Shown: positions 51,466-62,176, counted from the first letter of the stretch. The stretch is 64,000 nucleotides of DNA from Clostridia bacterium (GCA_017451545.1 JAFTOB010000160.1:3751-67750), one strand, 5' to 3'. Notes: generated from the sequence alone by a model not told the origin. Made by a program: numbers and translations.

Positions 51466-51870
51466 TCAACCCTTGACATCAAATTTTCTCTGACACCTGG
51501 GGCAACAGGCCACGTGCGTGCCTCCTCGCTTGGGAAGGCGCAGAACGGCGTGGCAGGCGGGACATTTTCTGTAAACGTGGGTCTTTCTGTCCTTGAATTT
51601 ATTCTTTTGCAACTTGAAAAAGCCCTTGATCCTTCTGAAAATGCCGAAAACGAAATCGTTTTCCTTTCTTCTCGCCAAGCGGTTGTGCGAAAAAGCGCGG
51701 AACAGCATATATCCGACGGTCAGAATCTCCAGAATTATAAAAACGAACGAATTCACAAAAAGATTTATAATTATGAAAAGCATAGCGACGCCGAAAAGGA
51801 CGAAATAGAGCTTATCTATTCCGTACGATCCCGAAAAAGTTCTGTACAGCCATTGCTTGAATTTACCCAT
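51466..51870 (-). CDS. small membrane protein with C-terminal zinc ribbon
   Basis: The start MGKFKQWLYR follows AAAGGA. 2 TM segments. The C-terminus is CPACHAVLRLPKRGGTHVACCPRCQ. Confidence 0.6.
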   Translation of the reverse strand: MGKFKQWLYRTFSGSYGIDKLYFVLFGVAMLFIIINLFVNSFVFIILEILTVGYMLFRAFSHNRLARRKENDFVFGIFRRIKGFFKLQKNKFKDRKTHVYRKCPACHAVLRLPKRGGTHVACCPRCQRKFDVKG

Positions 51871-51994
51871 TTTAATTGATCCTTTCAAATTCTTCTGCAA
51901 TTATACTATATTTTGCCCGCTTTTGCAACAGCTTTGACCGCTTGTTTACAAAGAAGTGTAAAAAAGTTTGTTTTTGACACAAAAAACATAAAAT

Positions 51995-52212
51995 CAGGAC
52001 TGCCTAATTTGGATGTAGAAGGCGTGATCGGGTTCTCGTCGCTGTACTCGGTACTGCAGAGAGCCCGAGCGCGTCTAAAAAACGCACATAAAAAATGAAA
52101 TCCGCAAGGATTTCTACCTAAAGAACCGCTTATTCCATCGGTTTTGATAGAAAAAGCGGTTCTTTTTATTTGATTTGTGCGTTTTTGGTCTGCGCCAAAG
52201 TAGGCAGTCCTG
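51995..52212 (+). ncRNA. candidate structured RNA or MITE-like element (218 nt)
   Basis: Closing helix: 51995-52010 with 52197-52212. P1b: 52021-52029 with 52187-52196. Hairpin 52030-52066. P2: 52078-52088 with 52176-52186, enclosing hairpins 52097-52114 (GCAA loop) and 52120-52165. Three G.U pairs exist only on the plus strand. Confidence 0.4.
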
Positions 52213-52228
52213 CGAGTCAAATATTCTC

Positions 52229-52636
52229 TCAGATATACTTCTTAACGATATCCGATGCCTCTTCGCTGGGAATGGAAGAGGTGATGATCATATTGACGTT
52301 GTGGTGCTGGAGAAGCTCGTCGAGCTCAAGCAGCATCTTCTCGAAGGAAGGAACGTCGTTGTTGCAGATCTTGAGTGCCGAGTCGATGAAGAGATCGGTC
52401 ACGTCGTGATTGCTGGCCAGAATTCCCGAAACAAAGCCGTAGAGAGACTGTGCGTCGAAAATAAAGTAATCGTTTGTATTTATCAAGCGAGCCTGATACT
52501 TAATATCGAATCTGAGCTTTACACCGCGCTCAATGCAAACAACGTCGCCATGAGACTCAGCGGTTGCCTTATTGACCATTTCGATCAGAGTTTTTGTTTT
52601 GCCGGTACCTTTAACACCGATAATCAGTTTTAACAT
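52229..52636 (-). CDS. small P-loop NTPase-like protein
   Basis: MLKLIIGVKGTGKTKTLIEM is a Walker A motif. 135 aa. Confidence 0.55.
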   Translation of the reverse strand: MLKLIIGVKGTGKTKTLIEMVNKATAESHGDVVCIERGVKLRFDIKYQARLINTNDYFIFDAQSLYGFVSGILASNHDVTDLFIDSALKICNNDVPSFEKMLLELDELLQHHNVNMIITSSIPSEEASDIVKKYI

Positions 52637-52719
52637 CTTTTTCCTCCTGTAACTGAAGTAATACTATTATACACTATGTTTTCAAAAAATGCAATACTAT
52701 TTTTGTGCAAATTTTAAAA

Positions 52720-54057
52720 TTATTTCAGTCTTTTCTCAAGTTCTGCGCGTCTGTCCTCAAATCCGGGCTTTCCGAGGAGGGCAAACATATTCTTCTTGTA
52801 GGCCTCAACGCCGGGCTGGTCGAAGGGGTTAACGCCCAGCATATAACCGGAAATGGCGCAGGAGAGCCAGAAGAAGTAGATCATGTAACCGACGGAATAT
52901 GCGGAGCGATCCTTGATATCAAGGACGATATTGGGGACGCCGCCGTCGTTATGAGCGAGGACGGTTGCGGTTCTCGCGGTGCTGTTGACGTCATAAAGAG
53001 TCTTGCCCGAGAGGAAGTTCAGACCGTCGATGTTGTTCTCATCGTTGGGTATAACTATCTCGCTGTCGGGCTGACCGATGGACATAACAGTCTCAAACAG
53101 GAAGCGCTGACCCTCCTGAATGTACTGTCCGAGGGAGTGGAGATCGGTGGAGAAAATGACCGAGGAGGGGTAAATTCCGCGGTTGTCCTTACCCTCGCTC
53201 TCGCCGAAGAGCTGCTTCCACCACTCGCTGAACATCTGCAGGTAGGGCTCGTAGCCGACGAGGATCTCAACGTTCTTGCCCTTACGGAGAAGAATGTTTC
53301 TGATTGCGGCGTACTTGTAGCTGTCGTTCTTGCTGATATCGGCAGAGGTAAGCTCGGTGCGAGCGGCCTCGGCACCTGCCATCAGCTCGTCGATATCGAT
53401 GCCTGCAACGGCGATGGGAAGAAGACCGACGGCACTGAGGACGGAATATCTGCCGCCCATGTCATCCGGAACGACGAAGGTCTCGTAGCCCGACTTATCC
53501 GAGAAGCTGCGGAGAGTTCCCTTCTCCTTATCGGTGGTAACGAAGATATGCTTTGCCGCGCCATCCTTGCCGTACTTGCTCTCCAGCATATCGCGGAAGA
53601 TACGGAAGGCAACTGCGGTCTCGGTGGTGGTTCCCGACTTGGAAATAACGTTGATGCAAACGTCCTTACCCTCGCAGATCTCAAGGAGCTCCTTCATATC
53701 CGAAGAGCTGAGGTTGCAGCCCGAGAAGTAAATGTCGGGGGTGTCCTTCTTGAGGTTGTTGTAGCGAGGAGACTTGAGAAATTCGATAACTGCGCGTGCG
53801 CCGAGGTAAGAGCCGCCGATACCGGTGACGATGAACACGTCACAGCTCTTCTGAATCTTCTTTGCCGCTTCCTTTATTCTTGCGAACTCCTCTTTGTCAT
53901 AGTTGCAGGATGCGGTTCTCCAACCGAGAAAATCGTTTCCTGCGCCGGTCTTATTGACCAGCATTTCGTGTGCCGCGTTAACGAGCGGCTGAATGTTTGC
54001 ATACTCGTTGCTTCCGATAAAATCGGAGAGATGCTTGTCGTTGAGTTTGACTGCCAT
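52720..54057 (-). CDS. pgi: glucose-6-phosphate isomerase
   Basis: [21 protein letters not shown] and [14 protein letters not shown] motifs. Confidence 0.93.
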   Translation of the reverse strand: MAVKLNDKHLSDFIGSNEYANIQPLVNAAHEMLVNKTGAGNDFLGWRTASCNYDKEEFARIKEAAKKIQKSCDVFIVTGIGGSYLGARAVIEFLKSPRYNNLKKDTPDIYFSGCNLSSSDMKELLEICEGKDVCINVISKSGTTTETAVAFRIFRDMLESKYGKDGAAKHIFVTTDKEKGTLRSFSDKSGYETFVVPDDMGGRYSVLSAVGLLPIAVAGIDIDELMAGAEAARTELTSADISKNDSYKYAAIRNILLRKGKNVEILVGYEPYLQMFSEWWKQLFGESEGKDNRGIYPSSVIFSTDLHSLGQYIQEGQRFLFETVMSIGQPDSEIVIPNDENNIDGLNFLSGKTLYDVNSTARTATVLAHNDGGVPNIVLDIKDRSAYSVGYMIYFFWLSCAISGYMLGVNPFDQPGVEAYKKNMFALLGKPGFEDRRAELEKRLK

Positions 54058-54123
54058 AGTCTTTAAAATCCCCTTTCAGGATCCGAAACGTATTTTTCGG
54101 ATCAATCCTTACTTTTTATACAT

Positions 54124-55290
54124 CTATCTCATAAACAATACGCCGAAGACGCGGCCGAGCACGTCGAAAAATCCGATCTTTCCGACGCTTTCAGCGGCCT
54201 TTATCTGCGTTTCGCCTATTGTTTTGCCGTTCAGGCTGTAGCTGATACGGCCAACGGTATCGCCCTGCTTTACGGGCGCGGTCAGGCTGTCTTGAAGCTC
54301 GACCGATATTTTGACCCCGGACGCGCCGCCCTTTTCGATGACGGAGCAAAAATCCTCGGCCGTTATTTTACATACGTTGCTCTTGCCGCCCGCAACGCCG
54401 AGGGTCTCGGGCAAGGACGGTGAGTTTTTGTAAAGCGCGTAGCCCGCAAAGCCCCAATCAAGGAGAGCCTTTGCGGCGTTATTGCGCTCATCTCTGGTGG
54501 GTGAGTTCATAATAACGGCGATGAGCGAAAGTCCGTCCCGCTCGGCGGTTGCGCTGATGCAAAAGCCCGCCTTTGCCGTGGAGCCGGTCTTGAGACCCGT
54601 CGCGCCCTTATAAAATCTTACGAGGCGGTTTGTGTTCGTCAGTCCGAACTCGCCGTTTCTCACGGTATCCATCCATTTTGAGCTGTATTCCAGCACCTTT
54701 TCGTGCTTTATCAGCTCCCTCGACATTATGGCGATATCCCTCGCCGAGGTCACGTGGTTCTCAGCGGTATCGTCGAGGCCGTTTGTGTTCTCGAAATTTG
54801 TGTTTTTCATTCCGAGCTGTCGCGCCCTCTCGTTCATCCGCGCCACGAAGACCTCCTCGCTGCCCGCTATATGCTCTGCAAGTGCCACGGCGCAATCGTT
54901 TGCGCTGGCGATGATCACGCTCTTGAGCATATCCTCAAGGGGCATCTGCTCGCCTTCCTTTAAAAAGATCTGCGAGCCGCCCATTGACGAGGCGTGGGTG
55001 CTTGCGGTAACGGTATCGTCGAGCTTCACGTTCCCTGCCTCCACCGCTTCCATAACCAGCAAAAGGGTCATGATCTTGGTGACCGAGGCGGGTGGGAGGG
55101 GCGCATCGGCGTTCTTTTCGTAAAGAACGGTGCCGGTGTTGGCCTCCATAAGTATTGCCGAGGTGCAATTAAGGTCAAGCGCGGGGGCATCCGTTTCCAC
55201 CGACACCGCCCCTGCCGTAAAGGCGGGCGACAGCGCAAGGATCAGACAGAAAAACAATGCCCCTGCCCTTTTCAGTATTCTTTTTTTCAT
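54124..55290 (-). CDS. D-alanyl-D-alanine carboxypeptidase (PBP5/S11 type)
   Basis: Signal peptide, SVTKIMT (SxxK), SANDCA-like ASANDCA (SxN) and KTGST (KTG). Confidence 0.88.
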   Translation of the reverse strand: MKKRILKRAGALFFCLILALSPAFTAGAVSVETDAPALDLNCTSAILMEANTGTVLYEKNADAPLPPASVTKIMTLLLVMEAVEAGNVKLDDTVTASTHASSMGGSQIFLKEGEQMPLEDMLKSVIIASANDCAVALAEHIAGSEEVFVARMNERARQLGMKNTNFENTNGLDDTAENHVTSARDIAIMSRELIKHEKVLEYSSKWMDTVRNGEFGLTNTNRLVRFYKGATGLKTGSTAKAGFCISATAERDGLSLIAVIMNSPTRDERNNAAKALLDWGFAGYALYKNSPSLPETLGVAGGKSNVCKITAEDFCSVIEKGGASGVKISVELQDSLTAPVKQGDTVGRISYSLNGKTIGETQIKAAESVGKIGFFDVLGRVFGVLFMR

Positions 55291-55351
55291 ACGCGCATCC
55301 TTTCATGAAATCTTCATAAAAGATATATGCGCGCGTACGTGTCTAAATGAC

Positions 55352-56416
55352 TTAAATTACGCCGAACTCGTAGATGGTGGTGTACTTATACTCCTGACCG
55401 GGACGGAGGACGCAATCTGTGAAGTTATCGTGGTTGATAGCATCGGGCATCTTCTGAGTCTCGAGGCAGAGAGCGTTCTGCAGGCCCTGAGGATAGTTGT
55501 TCTTGAAGGGGTACTTCTCGTTGTTGAGGAAGTTACCGGAGTAGAACTGTACGCAGGGCTGGTTGGTGTACATCTTCATCTGTCTGCCGCTCTTCTCGTC
55601 GGTAAGGATACCGCGGAGAACGGGCTCCTCGGTCTCGCCGCCCTTGAAGTTGAAGCAGTGATCGAAGCCGCCTGCAAGGCCGAGATCGGTGTTGGTCAGG
55701 TCAAAGTCCTGTCCGATGGTCTTCTCGGTGGTGAAATCAAAGGGAGTGCCGGTGACCGATCTGATCTCGCCCGTGGGGATGAGCTTCTCATCGGTGGGGA
55801 GATAGCTGTCGGCATCGAGCCAGAGCTTATGATCGAAGATCTTGCCGGAGTTGTAGCCGCCAAGATTGAAGTATGCGTGGTTGGTGAGGTTAAGGATGGT
55901 GGGCTTGTCGCAAACTGCGTAGTAATCGATGACTACGGAGTTATTTGCGGTAAGGGTGTAGGTTACCTTAACGTCGAGCTTACCGGGGTAGCCCTCCTCG
56001 CCGTCGGGAGAGGTGAGAGTGAGGATGAGGCGGGGCTCATCGCCGTCCACCATCTCGGCGTTCCAGATCTTGGCATTGAAGCCGCAGATACCGCCGTGAA
56101 GGCTGTTGACACCGTTATCGTTGACCGAAACCTTGTAGGTCTTGCCGTCGAGAGTGAACTTACTGCCGCCGATGCGGTTGCCGAAGCGACCGATGAGAGC
56201 GCCCTGATAGCCGTCGCCGTTGATGTAGCTGTCGAGCTGATCGTAGCCGCAGATAACGTCTGCGTTGTTGCCCTCTCTGTCGGGAACCTTGATCTGAACG
56301 AGTGCGCCGCCGAAGTCAATGATCTTGACCTTTGCGCCCGCCTCGTTGCGGAGTGTGTAAGCGGAGACCTTTCTGCCGTCCGCCAGAATTCCAAATGCTT
56401 TCTTTTCAATGCTCAT
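55352..56416 (-). CDS. galM: aldose 1-epimerase (galactose mutarotase)
   Basis: [20 protein letters not shown] and CLETQ motifs. Confidence 0.88.
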   Translation of the reverse strand: MSIEKKAFGILADGRKVSAYTLRNEAGAKVKIIDFGGALVQIKVPDREGNNADVICGYDQLDSYINGDGYQGALIGRFGNRIGGSKFTLDGKTYKVSVNDNGVNSLHGGICGFNAKIWNAEMVDGDEPRLILTLTSPDGEEGYPGKLDVKVTYTLTANNSVVIDYYAVCDKPTILNLTNHAYFNLGGYNSGKIFDHKLWLDADSYLPTDEKLIPTGEIRSVTGTPFDFTTEKTIGQDFDLTNTDLGLAGGFDHCFNFKGGETEEPVLRGILTDEKSGRQMKMYTNQPCVQFYSGNFLNNEKYPFKNNYPQGLQNALCLETQKMPDAINHDNFTDCVLRPGQEYKYTTIYEFGVI

Positions 56417-57425
56417 CTTTATATCCCTCCGGATTCATAGTTTGCCAACGATCTGCGTCGCGGCACATTTCTTCAATTCCGTATTTTGCAGACCAGCCAA
56501 GAACCTTCTGTGCCTTTGCGGGGTCTGCGTAGCACTCGGCGATATCACCGGGGCGTCTGTCGACCACCTCGTACGCGATGGTCTTGCCCGTAATAGCCTC
56601 GTATGCCTTTACCATTTCAAGGACCGAATAGCCCTTGCCTGTTCCGATGTTAAAATACTCAATACCCTGCGACTTTGCCGAATACTCAAGTGCCTTGAGG
56701 TGAGCCTGAGCGAGGTCGACCACGTGGATGTAGTCGCGGACGCCGGTGCCGTCGGGCGTGGGGTAATCGTCTCCGAAAACGCGGAGTCTCTGCAGCTTGC
56801 CCGAGCCGACCTGAGTTATGTAGGGGAAGAGATTGTTCGGGATGCCCTTGGGGTCCTCACCGATAAGTCCGCTCGAATGTGCGCCGATGGGGTTGAAGTA
56901 GCGCAGGATCACGACGCTCCACTCGGGATCGGCCTTGACGACATCAGAGAGAATCCTCTCGGTCATCAGCTTGGTCTCGCCGTAAGGATTGGAGGTCTTG
57001 AGGGGGAAATCCTCTCTGATCGGAACCTCCTTGGGCTGACCGTAAACGGTGGCCGACGAGCTGAACACGATCTTCTTGACACCGTGACGGCTCATGGAAT
57101 CGATGAGCTTGAGAGTACCCGTGATATTATTGGTATAATATCTGATGGGCTGATCGCAGGACTCGCCGACGGCCTTAAGGCCCGCGAAGTGGACGACTGC
57201 CTCAATCTCGTTCTCCTCAAAGATCTTATCGAGGGCTGCGGTATCAAGCATATCTGCCTGATAGAAGCGGAAATCCTTGCCCGTGATCTTTTTCACTCTT
57301 CTGAGGGACTCTTCCTTACTGTTTATGAAGTTGTCCATTACGACGACTTCATTTCCCTGCTCCAGAAGCTCGACAAGGGTGTGGGAACCGATAAATCCGG
57401 CACCACCGGTAACTAAAATCTTCAT
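56406..57425 (-). CDS. galE: UDP-glucose 4-epimerase
   Basis: The start [15 protein letters not shown] follows GGAGAG. YGETKLM (YxxxK). Confidence 0.9.
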   Translation of the reverse strand: MKILVTGGAGFIGSHTLVELLEQGNEVVVMDNFINSKEESLRRVKKITGKDFRFYQADMLDTAALDKIFEENEIEAVVHFAGLKAVGESCDQPIRYYTNNITGTLKLIDSMSRHGVKKIVFSSSATVYGQPKEVPIREDFPLKTSNPYGETKLMTERILSDVVKADPEWSVVILRYFNPIGAHSSGLIGEDPKGIPNNLFPYITQVGSGKLQRLRVFGDDYPTPDGTGVRDYIHVVDLAQAHLKALEYSAKSQGIEYFNIGTGKGYSVLEMVKAYEAITGKTIAYEVVDRRPGDIAECYADPAKAQKVLGWSAKYGIEEMCRDADRWQTMNPEGYKDEH

Positions 57426-57478
57426 ATTGCTCTCCATTCCGCCGCATATGCGGCGATACAAAAATTCACAAGTCTGAT

Positions 57479-58546
57479 TTATTTAAGCTTTTTAACTATT
57501 TCTTTGATCTCTTCGGCCTTGGCCTCCATATCGCGGACAAGACAGAACTGGTTTCTGGCGCGGTCCAGATTATGTCTCGCGTGCGCCACGCGGAAATACC
57601 TGTCACCGTCCAGATAGTCGGTGAGGAAGCGCATTCCCGTCTCAAAGGTGAGTATCTTTGCCGCATCTGGGAAGGCCTCAAGCTCATACTCACTGATCTC
57701 GGCACCGATACCCTCGGCAAAGCCCTCTGCGAAGGCCTCGAACATCTCGGTCTTGAAGTAGACCTTCGTAAGATCGGTCTCGTCCTCGGCCGCCGACGAT
57801 GCTCCGAAGCGGATGGCATCACCGAAATCGAAGAGGAGCGAGCCCGGCATTACCGTATCGAGGTCGAGCACGCAAATACCCTTTCCCGTCTCCTTGTCGG
57901 TGATAACGTTATTGAGCTTGGTATCATTATGGGTAACGCGGAGCGGGAATTTGCCGCTCTTTATCCCTTCGGTAATTATGCCGCAGATGTTCTTTCTCGA
58001 TCTGACGAATTCGATCTCCTCGGCAACTTCGACGGCGCGACCCACACGGTCATCGGCCACGGCGCGCTCGAAGGTCTCGAATCTCTTTTCGGTGTTATGG
58101 AAATCGGGGATGGTCTCGTAAAGCACCGAGGCATCGAAATCGGCAAGAAGCTGCTGGAAGGCACCGAAGGTGCGACCTGCCTCGCGCATTACGTCCGTCG
58201 ACTCGCAGAACTGGTGGCACTCGCCCTCAACGAAGGCGTAGCAGCGCCAATACTCTCCGTCCTCGTCGCAGAAGAAATAATTCTTTCCCGACTTGAGGAA
58301 ATCGAGGGTACAACCGTCGGCTCCCTGAGCCTGCTTTTTTCTTATATGATCGGTTACGGCAATGATATTCGCCATGACCTGCTCGGGCTTTTTGAACACG
58401 TTTTTGTTGATGCGCTGAAGGACGTATCTCTCGCTCTCCACGTCAACGAAATACGTGCCGTTTATATGTCCTATGTTACATTCGCTTATGCTTTTGATAT
58501 GCTTTCTGGGGATGAAATGATTCGCGATAGATTCTATCGTTCTCAT
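57479..58546 (-). CDS. N-acetylhexosamine 1-kinase-like (NahK/LnpB family, APH fold)
   Basis: [41 protein letters not shown] and [24 protein letters not shown] closely track Bifidobacterium NahK as I remember it. Confidence 0.75.
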   Translation of the reverse strand: MRTIESIANHFIPRKHIKSISECNIGHINGTYFVDVESERYVLQRINKNVFKKPEQVMANIIAVTDHIRKKQAQGADGCTLDFLKSGKNYFFCDEDGEYWRCYAFVEGECHQFCESTDVMREAGRTFGAFQQLLADFDASVLYETIPDFHNTEKRFETFERAVADDRVGRAVEVAEEIEFVRSRKNICGIITEGIKSGKFPLRVTHNDTKLNNVITDKETGKGICVLDLDTVMPGSLLFDFGDAIRFGASSAAEDETDLTKVYFKTEMFEAFAEGFAEGIGAEISEYELEAFPDAAKILTFETGMRFLTDYLDGDRYFRVAHARHNLDRARNQFCLVRDMEAKAEEIKEIVKKLK

Positions 58547-58550
58547 CGGG

Positions 58551-59456
58551 TCACCTCCAAAGGTTATTCGGATATTCTCCGTTTTCTATAAGCTTTCTGA
58601 TAGCGGCGACAACGCGGGGCTTATCCTCGTGGTAGGTCACTCCGTACCACTCTGCATCCGAGCGGTAAACGCGGACGGTGCACTGCCCTGCCTCGATCAT
58701 CTCGAAGACGCTTCCGGGGAGGTAATACTCGCCCTTCTGCGAATCCTTACCGCCGCCTGCGAGGAACTTTTCGAAGCCCTTCTCTATCAGCGGGAAAACG
58801 TCGGGAGTGAAACCGAAGCAGTTCATGGAGACGGTGGTGTCGTAGGGGATGGGATGCCAGACCTCGTCCTCAAGGTACATACCCGTTCCGTCACCCTTGA
58901 CGATCTTGGTTCTCTCAATGATGCCCTCAAGAAGACCGCTCTCGCCCACGAAGCACTGTCCGCGGGAGACCGAGCCGTTCTCGGTAAGGGTCTTTGCCAG
59001 CTCATAGCCCACCATACAGCAGGGGGCGACGCCGTTCTCGCTCTTTGCGACCGAGAGGTGTGCGGCCAGCTTTTTATATGCGTCGTAGCCGTAGAAATCG
59101 TCGGCGTTGATGACTGCGAAGTTATCGGTAACCACGTTCTTTGCCGAAAGCAGGGCGTGTGCGGTTCCCCAAGGCTTTACTCTGCCTTCGGGCACGGTGT
59201 AGCCTGCGGGAAGGTCCTCAAGGCGCTGGAAAGCGTACTCGACCTTGACGTGCTTCTCGATACGGGAGCCGACGGTCTCGCGGAAAGCCTCCAGATTCTC
59301 CTCCTTGATGATGAAAACGACCTTATCAAAGCCTGCGCGTACCGCGTCAAATATAGAAAAATCAATTATGAACTCACCGTTGTCGGTAATGGGGTCGATC
59401 TGTTTCATTCCCCCGTATCTCGAGCCCATTCCGGCTGCCAAAATAACAAGTGTCAT
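58551..59456 (-). CDS. sugar-1-phosphate nucleotidyltransferase
   Basis: MTLVILAAGMGSRYGGMKQ (GxGxR nucleotide-binding loop), VINADDFYG. 301 aa. Confidence 0.7.
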   Translation of the reverse strand: MTLVILAAGMGSRYGGMKQIDPITDNGEFIIDFSIFDAVRAGFDKVVFIIKEENLEAFRETVGSRIEKHVKVEYAFQRLEDLPAGYTVPEGRVKPWGTAHALLSAKNVVTDNFAVINADDFYGYDAYKKLAAHLSVAKSENGVAPCCMVGYELAKTLTENGSVSRGQCFVGESGLLEGIIERTKIVKGDGTGMYLEDEVWHPIPYDTTVSMNCFGFTPDVFPLIEKGFEKFLAGGGKDSQKGEYYLPGSVFEMIEAGQCTVRVYRSDAEWYGVTYHEDKPRVVAAIRKLIENGEYPNNLWR

Positions 59457-59607
59457 AAGAAAATCTCCTTCTTGGTAGTGATATTACAGATAATAAAGTT
59501 CATATCAGCTTATTATATTACATTACCGGCAATTTTTTTCATTTTTTGCGCAGAATTTACATAAAATTTACACTTATAATTTTTTCAAAAAATTTTCGCG
59601 CAACCTA

Positions 59608-59636
59608 TTGACAAAGCATTTTCTGTGCTGTATACT
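59608..59636 (+). promoter_or_regulatory. promoter of the Crp/Fnr-family gene
   Basis: TTGACA-17 nt-TATACT. Confidence 0.6.
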
Positions 59637-59680
59637 GTGAGTGTCTCAAATGATACACTTTTGAAGGGTGGTGAAATTGC

Positions 59681-60352
59681 TTGACCAACTCGGAATTTGA
59701 ACGGATCGCAGAATCGAGGATCTTTTCGGGCTGTGACCGTGAGCTTTTGGCACAGGTTCTGAACGGCGAAGGGTGCGAGATAATCGACTACGCCCCGTCC
59801 GAATCGATTTGCGAGCCGCAAACTCTGCTGCGCAAGATCGGTATAATATTAAAAGGAAGCGCCATCGTGCTTTCGGCCGACAGTGACCGCAAGGTGCTTC
59901 TGCGGCGGTTTTCCCCCGGAGACATCTTCGGCGTATCGAGCGTTTTCTCGGATGAGAGCGAGTTCGTCAGCCGCATCAGCGCAAAAAGTGCCTGCACGGT
60001 CGCCTTCATCGATGCCCCTTCCCTTTCGCTGCTTCTTGAGAATGACAAAGCGGTGCTTTACAACTATATCGGCTTTCTTTCCGACCGCATCCGCTTTCTC
60101 AACCGGAAGATCAAGTTTTTCACCTCCGGCACCGCCGAGCGGCGACTTGCGCTTTACCTCGACTCCTTCCCCGAGGACAGCTTCAAGATCGACGAAAGCA
60201 TGAGCGCCGTGGCCGATATGCTGGACATCGGGCGCGCCTCACTCTACCGCGCCTTCGACCGTCTGACCGAGGACGGCTTCATCCGCCGCGAGCGAGACGA
60301 GATCACTCTTCTCAATCGGGCCGAAATGGTTATTTATTACAACGATAAATAA
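59681..60352 (+). CDS. Crp/Fnr family transcriptional regulator
   Basis: TTG start following GAAGGGTGG. A cNMP-binding-like N-terminus (IFSGCDRELL...GDIFGVSSVF) and a C-terminal HTH (SAVADMLDIGRASLYRAFDRL). Confidence 0.75.
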   Translation: MTNSEFERIAESRIFSGCDRELLAQVLNGEGCEIIDYAPSESICEPQTLLRKIGIILKGSAIVLSADSDRKVLLRRFSPGDIFGVSSVFSDESEFVSRISAKSACTVAFIDAPSLSLLLENDKAVLYNYIGFLSDRIRFLNRKIKFFTSGTAERRLALYLDSFPEDSFKIDESMSAVADMLDIGRASLYRAFDRLTEDGFIRRERDEITLLNRAEMVIYYNDK

Positions 60353-60385
60353 AAAAATCAAACATCCAAGAAAGGAAAAAACACC

Positions 60386-61402
60386 ATGAAAAAACTTCTT
60401 TGTATCCTGCTCGTCTTTGCACTTGCTATCCCCTCCCTCGCCGCCTGCAGCGAGCCCGCCGACAACAATGATAACGATAACGGCGACGGTGCGAAATACG
60501 ACGCCAACCTGCAAATAAACGTATCGGTTCTCAGCGGAACCACCGGAATGGGTATGGCCAAGCTGATCGACGATAAAAAGGACGGCAACGCCGCTCTCAA
60601 CTACAATTTCTCGGTAGTTGCCGACGCCACCGCCGTCGCTCCCCTGATCATCTCGGAGCAGACCGACATCGCCGCAGTTCCCACCAATCTCGCCTCCACT
60701 CTCTACAAGAGAACCGAGGGCGGCATCTACATTCTCGCCATCAACACTCTCGGCGTGCTCTATCTCCTTGAGAACGGCGAGACCGTCAAGACCATTGCCG
60801 ATCTCAAGGGCAAGACCGTGTACCTGCCCGGTGCCGGCACCAACCCCGAGTATATTCTCAAGCAGGTCATTGAGGCCAACGGTCTGAAGGTTGGAACCGA
60901 CGTTATCTTCGACTACACCTACGGCACTCCCGATGCGCTGGCTCAGGCCGTCACCGCCGGTCTTGCAGGCATCGCCCTGCTCCCCGAGCCCAAGGTCACC
61001 GTTGTCAAGAGCAACAACGCATCCATCCGCACCGCTCTCGACATAACCGCAGAGTGGGACAAGGTCAACCCCAAGGGCTCTCTCGCTCAGGGCTGTGTCA
61101 TCGTCCGCAAGGATTTTGCCGACAAGCACCCCGCCGAGGTTGCCAAGTTCCTTGAGGAATACAAGGCATCGGTCAACTTTGTCAACGAGTCCAAGGAGGA
61201 GGCCGCACAGCTTATCGCCGATGCGGGCATCATCCCGAAGGCTCCTCTCGCCCTCAAGGCAATCCCCAACTGCAACATCACCTACGTTGACGGCACGGCT
61301 ATGAAGACCGCTCTCACCGCCTTCTACGACATTCTCTTCAAGGTCAACCCCGCGTCCATCGGCGGAGCTGTTCCCGACGCGGCGATCTATTACGTAAAGT
61401 AA
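60386..61402 (+). CDS. ABC transporter substrate-binding lipoprotein (NMT1/SsuA-like)
   Basis: Lipobox IPSLAAC. Periplasmic-binding-protein type II pattern. Confidence 0.7.
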   Translation: MKKLLCILLVFALAIPSLAACSEPADNNDNDNGDGAKYDANLQINVSVLSGTTGMGMAKLIDDKKDGNAALNYNFSVVADATAVAPLIISEQTDIAAVPTNLASTLYKRTEGGIYILAINTLGVLYLLENGETVKTIADLKGKTVYLPGAGTNPEYILKQVIEANGLKVGTDVIFDYTYGTPDALAQAVTAGLAGIALLPEPKVTVVKSNNASIRTALDITAEWDKVNPKGSLAQGCVIVRKDFADKHPAEVAKFLEEYKASVNFVNESKEEAAQLIADAGIIPKAPLALKAIPNCNITYVDGTAMKTALTAFYDILFKVNPASIGGAVPDAAIYYVK

Positions 61403-61403
61403 T

Positions 61404-62171
61404 ATGGCAGTCTTAAAAAAGCTGCTTAAATATCTCCTTATCCTCCTTTTATGGGTGGGCGTATGGGCGGCAGCGGCTCATTTCGTGGCCAACGAATGGA
61501 TCCTGCCCTCCATCCCCACCGTGATCGAGAGCCTGGTCGAGATGGCCACGTCTCCCGAATCCGATTTCTGGGTCAGCATTGTTTTTTCGATGATCCGCGT
61601 GATTTTCGGTCTGTCGGTTGCCACCCTGTCGGCCATTGTTCTGGCCGCGCTGGCATTTAGGTTCAACATTATTCACGATATTCTCAAGCCCCCCGTTGCC
61701 ATTATCAAGGCTACACCCGTTGTGTCCTTCATCTTCATTGCGTTCATAATTTTCAGCAAGAATATGGAGGCCTTCCCGCCCTTTATCGCGGGACTTATCG
61801 TCTTTCCCGTGGTCTACGAAAGTCTTTATGCGGCTCTGAAGAAGACCCCTCGCGAGCTTATCGAGGTCTCGGAGGTCTTCGGCTGCACGTGGCTTGAGCG
61901 GCTCAGATATCTGTGGATCCCCTGCTCCCTGCCCGATTTTATCACCTCGGTGAAGACCTCAATCGGTCTTGCCTGGAAGTCGGGAATTGCCGCCGAGGCT
62001 CTCTTTGCCATCCCAAGCATGACGGGCATCGGTCAAGGTCTCTTCGATGCAAAAAGTATGCTGTACGTTGACCGTCAGTTCGCGTGGACCTTGGTCATCA
62101 TACTGCTCAGCCTCACGGTCGAGCTTATCTTCTCCTTCGCGGCGAAAAAGCTGACCGACAAAATACTGTAA
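61404..62171 (+). CDS. ABC transporter permease (NitT/TauT-like)
   Basis: Six TM segments. EAA-like loop EVSEVFGCTWLERLRYLWIP. Confidence 0.75.
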   Translation: MAVLKKLLKYLLILLLWVGVWAAAAHFVANEWILPSIPTVIESLVEMATSPESDFWVSIVFSMIRVIFGLSVATLSAIVLAALAFRFNIIHDILKPPVAIIKATPVVSFIFIAFIIFSKNMEAFPPFIAGLIVFPVVYESLYAALKKTPRELIEVSEVFGCTWLERLRYLWIPCSLPDFITSVKTSIGLAWKSGIAAEALFAIPSMTGIGQGLFDAKSMLYVDRQFAWTLVIILLSLTVELIFSFAAKKLTDKIL

Positions 62172-62176
62172 AGCAA

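Noticed and set aside
51913-52098. A 61-aa plus-strand ORF (TTG start) overlapping the left half of the structured element.
   Set aside because: It has no Shine-Dalgarno sequence and a non-ATG start. Its sequence is low-complexity and basic, and the region is better explained by the nested helices.
60386-62171. An ABC importer with a binding protein and a permease but no ATPase gene before the terminator at 62177-62204.
   Set aside because: This is noted but not treated as a finding. ATPase subunits are often encoded elsewhere or shared, and nothing in the sequence suggests a deletion scar.
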